Shown here in pieces: positions 26,569 through 29,621 of a stretch of 29,621 nt of DNA. The first letter of the stretch is position 1. Every line of letters begins with the position of its first letter. This stretch comes from a candidate division WOR-3 bacterium (GTDB lineage: Bacteria; Hydrothermota; Hydrothermia; LBFQ01; DSFT01): positions 1-29,621 of the forward strand of contig CBFGJN010000019.1 of assembly GCA_965649115.1 (NCBI GenBank), written 5' to 3'. Both the position numbers and the translations under genes were made by a program. Under the pieces are notes generated by a model. The model did not search any database. It worked only from the letters and a program-made list of their open reading frames with translations, and was not told where the DNA came from.

Positions 26569-26898
26569 CTAAATTTCAATTTCACCATGGTAAATGATAC
26601 TTTCATTTTCAATTATAATAACTTCAATTTTGTAATTTTCAATTTGAAACTTTGAGATATAGAAGTTTATACAATTTTCAAGTTTTTCAAGTTTTTTTAA
26701 GGTTATTGTTTTAGATGGTTCAATTTTATTTAAGCTCCTTACTTCAATAAATACTATTTGATTATCTTTTTTGGCAATTATGTCAATTTCTCCATATTTT
26801 CCACAATGAAAATTTCTTTGTATTATTTCATAACCTTTATTTTTTAAGTACTCACAAGCAATATCTTCTAATTTAAAACCCTTTCTCCTTTTATTCAA
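26569..26898 (-). CDS. yraN: YraN/UPF0102 family protein
   Basis: G..LEDIA.EYL..KGYEII.RNF...GEIDIIA...VFIEVR. Confidence 0.9.
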   Translation of the reverse strand: MNKRRKGFKLEDIACEYLKNKGYEIIQRNFHCGKYGEIDIIAKKDNQIVFIEVRSLNKIEPSKTITLKKLEKLENCINFYISKFQIENYKIEVIIIENESIIYHGEIEI

Positions 26899-28237
26899 AT
26901 GGTATTTCTTCTATATCTTCACTTATTTGCTCTTCTTGTGCTATTTGTGAAAATCTGAAATATTCGCTTTCAAAAAATAAATTATTTTCTCCAATAGGTC
27001 CATTTCTATTTTTAGCAACATTAATTCCAATAATTCTTTCTGCTTCCTTTAATCTATATAGTAATATAACAATATCTGCATCTTGTTCTATGCTACCACT
27101 TTCTCTTAAATCTGATAATTGAGGTTTTTTGTCCGCTCTTTCTTCTGCTTTTCTTGATAATTGACTTAAAACAACAATTGGTATGTTTATTTCTTTTGCA
27201 AAACTTTTTAAATTCCTTGTTATAAATGCTATTTCTTGTTGTCTGCTTTCTCTTCTTTTTCTTTCGTGTGGTTCAAGCTCAATTAGTTGTAAGTAATCAA
27301 TTGTTATAAGTTTAACTTTTTGTTCTCTGACTATTCTTCTTGCTTTTGCTTTTATTTCAAGCAGTGATACTGCATTATCATCTATCCAAATTGGAGCTGA
27401 ACGAAGTTTTCCTATCGCTTCAATAATTTTTGGTAAATCATCTCTTGTTAGCATTCCCGTTCTAATTCTCATATTATTTACATAGGATTGCATTGACACA
27501 AATCTTTGGGCTAATTCATTAGAACTCATTTCAAGTGAAAATATAGCAGTAGGAATTTTAAGTTCAACACTTAAATATCTATGTATAAATAGTGCAAATG
27601 AAGTTTTTCCTACGCTTGGTCTTGAAGCAATAATTATTAAGTTTCCAGGTAAAAAACCTCCCGTTAGGTTATCCAAAAACGGTATTCCAGTAGGAATTCC
27701 AATTACTTTACTTTTTACTTCATACCTTTGGATAATTTCTTCTTTTTGATTTTCTACAATTTCTGAAATATGAATGAAATCTTTTCTTATGCCTCTATCT
27801 CTTATTTCAAGAATTCTAGCTTCTGCAAAGTCCAATAAATCATCTGCTCTTCTTTCTTCTTTTTGTGCTTCATTTAATATAATTTGAGATGTTTCTATGA
27901 TTTTTCTATAAATACTTTTTTCAATAACGATATTTATATGTTCTTCTAATAGTTCAGGGGTTGAATAGAATTTTTCCATAATTTCAATAAGGTAATCAAC
28001 ACCACCAATTTTTTCAAGTGTTTTGTTTCTTTCAAGTTCATTTATAACAATTGCATAATCAATAATTTCTTTATTATTGTTTAAATAAAGTTCTTTTATT
28101 ACTTTAAAAATTTCCTTATTCTTTTCACTTACAAAATCATCAATAGAAAGTTTTTCTACAACTCTCGGAATACATTCAGAAGGATATAATAACATAAGAG
28201 CGATAATCGTATTTTCTGATTCAAGTGCTTTTGGCAT
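26891..28237 (-). CDS. dnaB: Replicative DNA helicase
   Basis: IASRPSVGKT, FSLEMS, IDYLQL, LSQLSR, SDLRESGSIEQDAD, AKNRNGP. Confidence 0.97.
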   Translation of the reverse strand: MPKALESENTIIALMLLYPSECIPRVVEKLSIDDFVSEKNKEIFKVIKELYLNNNKEIIDYAIVINELERNKTLEKIGGVDYLIEIMEKFYSTPELLEEHINIVIEKSIYRKIIETSQIILNEAQKEERRADDLLDFAEARILEIRDRGIRKDFIHISEIVENQKEEIIQRYEVKSKVIGIPTGIPFLDNLTGGFLPGNLIIIASRPSVGKTSFALFIHRYLSVELKIPTAIFSLEMSSNELAQRFVSMQSYVNNMRIRTGMLTRDDLPKIIEAIGKLRSAPIWIDDNAVSLLEIKAKARRIVREQKVKLITIDYLQLIELEPHERKRRESRQQEIAFITRNLKSFAKEINIPIVVLSQLSRKAEERADKKPQLSDLRESGSIEQDADIVILLYRLKEAERIIGINVAKNRNGPIGENNLFFESEYFRFSQIAQEEQISEDIEEIPFE

Positions 28238-28318
28238 AATTTAAATTTTAAATCTTAAATTTCTTTATATAATCTGCTAATTTATGAGATTGCTTAAAAT
28301 AAATTTTTTATATTTGTG

Positions 28319-29498
28319 TTAAGTTTTTTTCTTGATTAAAATATAAAAACTTGGAATAATGTACAAAACTAAAATAAAAGTAAAGAAAATCCCACCTATC
28401 ATTGGAGCTACAATTCTTTTTAGAATATCTGCACCAAGTGAAAATTCAAACATAATTGGCATTAATGAAAAAAATGCAGTTAATGTAGTAATTGTAATAG
28501 GTCTTATTCTTCTAACAACTGCCCAATGAATTGCATTATATTTATCATTGAATTTTTCAAAGCCTAAATCCAAAAATTTTATTTTAACAACGATAATTTC
28601 AACACTAATACCAAGAAGTGCTATAATTCCAACCCAAACTGCAACTGACAAGTTATAATTTAAAATTTTTAAGATAAGAAATGAGCCAAAAAGTGGAAAT
28701 GGTAAAAGAAATAAAACAAATAAGCTTTTCAAAACACTATTAAAATTAAGATAAAGCAAAAAGAAAATGATTAAAATTGTTATAGGAATAATGAAGTTTA
28801 ATGAACTTTGAAATCTTTTAATATCTTCATATTGACCTGAAAATTCATAAAAATAGCCGTTTTCAAACTTAATGAAGCTATCTATCAAATTTTTTGCTTT
28901 TTGAATATATTTCAAATAATCTTCATAAGTATCAAGATAAATATAACTTGTTATAAAGCCATTTTCATTTCTTATCATATCAAAACCTCTTCTAATTTCA
29001 ATATCACAAATTTCTTTCAATAAAACAAAACCTGAATTTGTTTTAATTGGCATATTCTTTAAAAAATCTATTTCTCTAAAATCTCTTAAAATTCTCATTC
29101 TAATTGGGTATCTTTCCCTTCCTTCAATACTATAAGTAATTGGACTTCCACCAATTGCAAAATTTATAATTTCCATAATTTCACTAACACTTATACCATA
29201 TTGTGATAACTTAATTCTATTTGGAATAATGTAAATATAATAACTATTTGAATTTCTTTCTGCATAAACATATTTTGTTTCTTTCATTGATTTTAAAATT
29301 TTTTCAATTTCTATTGCTAAACTTTCAGTTTTAAATGGTTCATTACCATAAACTTTAATACCAATTGGTGTTCTTATACCTGTTTTTAACATGTCTATTC
29401 TTGTCCTTATAGGCATTCCAAATGTATTAACAAACCCTTCTATTTTTAATTTATTGCTTAAATCATTTATTACTTCATAAATTTTATTTGGATCTTTT
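28319..29498 (-). pseudogene. cusA: C-terminal part of a CusA/CzcA heavy-metal RND permease, cut by a MITE copy
   Basis: PIRTRIDML.TGIRTPIGIKV, EGRERYPI, SVAVWVG.IAL.G, R.RP; frame stays open up into the repeat and stops at 29516-29518; only about 390 aa of a ~1000-aa family. Confidence 0.75.
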
Positions 29499-29621
29499 TG
29501 CCTTGTCCAATAATTCTAAAATTATTTATTTTACTATATTTTCCCACCCACCCTATAATTAAGCCTTCGGCTTATAAATACCCGTTTTTTGCCTTTGGGG
29601 GGCGAAGCCCCCCCTAATAAT
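29499..29621 (-). mobile_element. MITE-like copy, reverse orientation, cut by window end
   Basis: TGCCTTGTCCAATAATTCT, CCCACCCACCC, AAGCCTTCGGCTT, GGGGGGCGAAGCCCCCC. Confidence 0.88.

Noticed and set aside
26452..26655. 67-aa ORF
   Set aside because: Made of a decayed repeat and the antisense strand of yraN.

Overview
A very AT-rich, gene-dense chromosomal segment from a diderm bacterium (BamA, LPS genes gmhA/kdsD, lipoproteins; lineage not determinable from sequence alone). It carries mixed housekeeping genes (acnA, purS, pdp, tpiA, bamA, a cmk-rsgA fusion, dnaB, tRNA-Pro), a HmuY/TonB-type uptake locus, a subtilase, a BglI/SfiI/MwoI-like type II R-M pair and a 5'-truncated cusA-type gene. 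The main signal is non-coding. About 17 complete or decayed copies of one ~205-bp element fill most of the larger intergenic gaps and both window ends. The element has TIRs TGCTTTGTCCAGTAATT...AATTACTGGACAAAGCA, paired IHF-consensus sites, two GC hairpins and 8-9 bp target duplications. In five cases its right end lies 21-22 nt upstream of a TAAAAT/TAAACT -10 box. At 1284-1897 four copies are stacked behind one promoter, separated by the same 9-mer and increasing in length toward the promoter. This suggests a promoter-targeted MITE that builds polarised arrays. Inverted ends of the same element bracket the R-M pair, and one copy cuts cusA. Many genes look leaderless (-10 box 7 nt before the start), and several exported proteins have ultra-short N-terminal signals. 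No transposase is present in the window.
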